Assembly (NCBI RefSeq): GCF_018350175.1
Contig: NC_058368.1
Location: 18,230,001-18,294,000 of the forward strand
DNA: 64,000 bases
DNA from: Felis catus
Taxonomy: Eukaryota
Direction of reading: 5' to 3'
The notes below the pieces were generated by a model. The model made no database searches. It saw only the letters and a program-made list of their open reading frames with translations, and had not been told where the DNA came from. Positions 61,851 to 64,000 of the stretch are shown piece by piece. The position numbers were made by a program, and so were the translations under genes. How positions within the stretch are numbered: position 1 is the first letter of the stretch; every line of letters begins with the position of its first letter.

Positions 61851-63782
61851 CATCCTAGCATCTTGAGTTTTATCTGCTAGTGCAGCAGAACGGAGCTTAT
61901 CCTCACTAGAACCACCCTCAGAGTCCAGCTCAAGCTACTCTACAGTGTGGCTAGGCAGACCAAGGGAACCCCTGTGGTATCCTCTGACATGTGTCTGTTG
62001 GATCTCTTCAATGCCATAAAACTCTAAGATGACCCTGCGTCTCACACACCCCTTGGAGGACCTGACAGCCTTTTACAAAGATTCCCTGAACGTGAAAATG
62101 GATGGAAGAGAGAGCCTCAGAGATTGACCTTTCGGGATTCTCATGCTTCACAAAAGAGCGAAGAAGAAACCTTAGACATTTCAGTCAGAAAAATAAGGCG
62201 GGGGTCGAAAGAGATAACTCTGGGAAGAGTGTTTGAATTTTCAGGATCATCATAGACATTGTGTTCAGTAACAATGAAATAATTGTGTAGAATGAGTTCC
62301 CACAGGCAAAACTTGGTTTAGGTATCAGATCAGGGGCCAGGACACTAACTCAGACACCACACGGATTTTAAAAATTATACTTACTTCTCAGTGGTTCCCC
62401 CAAATATTTTGATCAACTCTACAATTTCAAAGCAACCGTAGATGTGAGTCCTGGATATGGTAGAGTCTCGGGGAATGTTTCAAAAACAACAAGATCATTA
62501 TGGAATCAAGACATTTTAGAGATGATCTTCAGGTATCATAAACTTTTGTAATTGGAAAAATAAAGCAGCTCTCGCCAACAGCCCTGATGGTAGGTCAGTA
62601 GGGTTCCCATCTTAAGTGCCTACAAAACTCAGGGGAGAGAACCTGGAGAAAATACAAGGAACAGCCCAAGAAATCATGACCACGAGTAGAATTTCATAAT
62701 GCTGTAATAGACACAGCAGTTTGGTACTTAAAAGAGTGAACTGAAATAAACCCACAATTTTTTTTTTATCGTAGAAGATAATAATCACAATTAACATTTG
62801 TATAGCATTTTGTAAAAAAAAAAAAAAGTCTTTTCCGGTAAATCACGCCATTTATTTCTTCCAACAAATGTCTGGGGTGGGTTAAATTATTAGTTCTGGT
62901 TGCAGTAAAGAAAACGAGAGGCTGCGGATACTGTTCCCTTTCTATTGTAGGAATATTGGCAGAAATTAGGCGTCAGAGTGGGTGCTCCACCGAGCCCCAC
63001 CTATTGCTGGGGCAAAAGTTGAATAGAGGGACAGAATGGTCAGCAGCACCAGAAGAATCCCCTTAATTCCCCTCCCCCATGGGCTGTTGGGTCCGGTCTG
63101 TTGGTGGGATCCTTGCAGCGTGGTGGCCCAAGGCCTGGGAGCAAGGGACACCTACCAGTGGGTGATCTAGGGCAGGACTGAGCCACATGGCTTCTTAGGT
63201 GCACCCGACGTTACTTGGGGTTTTCGGGTGAAGATCTAAAGACAGAAGAGAAGTTTGCTTATGCCGCAGGCTGAACCTGATCGTGTGTAAGCCTTAAATG
63301 TTTTTGAACTCTTTGTGGGGGCTTTAAGCATTTTTCAAGCCTTCTGAGAGTGGAATCTTAAACTTACCCTTGAGGCTCACTGTCCTTTTGTTCTAGGAAA
63401 AGACAGCGGAGTAGCCTGCTCAGTGAGGCAAACGTAACCTTGGGGAAATGTCTGAAAGGGGGTAAGCAGATCCGTATTGGTCGGCAGGGACGTGTGGCAT
63501 CTTTTAGCACATCTTTGTCTCTTGCAAAGATGGAAAAGTTTCTAAGTTTAGATTAATGGTACAGATTAACTAATGGGTTGTGTTGACCATGCTTGGTTCT
63601 ACTACTGGAGCTCACCATCTTGTGGCTCCTTCACTGAGTGTTTGTTTGCAGGGGAAACAGAACTGTGACAGAGAGGTGAGCTAAACATTCCTTCTCGGTG
63701 GCAGAGAGCTTGAAAAGGAATCAGGAAGAATTTGGTGACGTTCACTGTGGCCTTGATTGTTCTCTCACAGATCATGTTATTT

Positions 63783-64000
63783 AAAATTATGGGAAGAGCC
63801 TAAATGCCCATCAACTGACGAATGGATAAGGAAATTGTGGTTTATATACACAATGGAATACTACTTGGCAATGAGAAAGAATGAAATATGGCCTTTGTAG
63901 CACCGTGGATGGAACTGGAGAATGCTATGCTAAGTGAAATAAGTCATACAGAGGAAGGCAGATACCATATGTTTTCACTCTTATGTGGATCCTGAGAAAC
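63783..64000 (+). mobile_element. 5'-truncated felid L1 (ORF2 C-terminus), runs off the window
   Basis: gagcctaaatgcccatcaactgacgaatggataag...acacaatggaatactac...gtggatggaactggag...gctaagtgaaataagtc. Confidence 0.92.

Noticed and set aside
1..64000. Assignment to a named host gene or locus
   Set aside because: No exon or conserved element could be recognised. A genome alignment is needed.

Overview
Non-coding, repeat-rich mammalian DNA. About 24 tRNA-derived carnivore SINEs of the felid (SINEC_Fc-like) type and young felid-like L1 ends point to a cat-family genome. I found no recognisable protein-coding gene, RNA gene, CRISPR array or prokaryotic system. The ORF track is explained by SINE, L1 and microsatellite read-throughs and chance ORFs, so this is intergenic DNA or a large intron. 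Other repeats include ancient L1/L2/MIR, MaLR and ERVL-type solo LTRs, and hAT-type MITEs. The most notable observations are: (1) a CpG-rich patch at about 24.35-25.07 kb with five CTCF-like motifs, one inside a GC-shifted MER33; (2) a 45-bp orphan SINE fragment that is a 44/45 inverted copy of a SINE about 0.55 kb away; (3) a 22-bp perfect palindrome within a direct-inverted-direct micro-triplication; (4) a 5'-inverted L1 carrying an internal 107-bp tandem duplication; (5) nested and inverted SINE pairs; (6) a FOX:ETS plus RFX motif cluster and a second CpG-rich, promoter-like patch. Repeat family names come from my recollection of consensus sequences and need RepeatMasker/Dfam confirmation. 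CpG counts are approximate hand counts.
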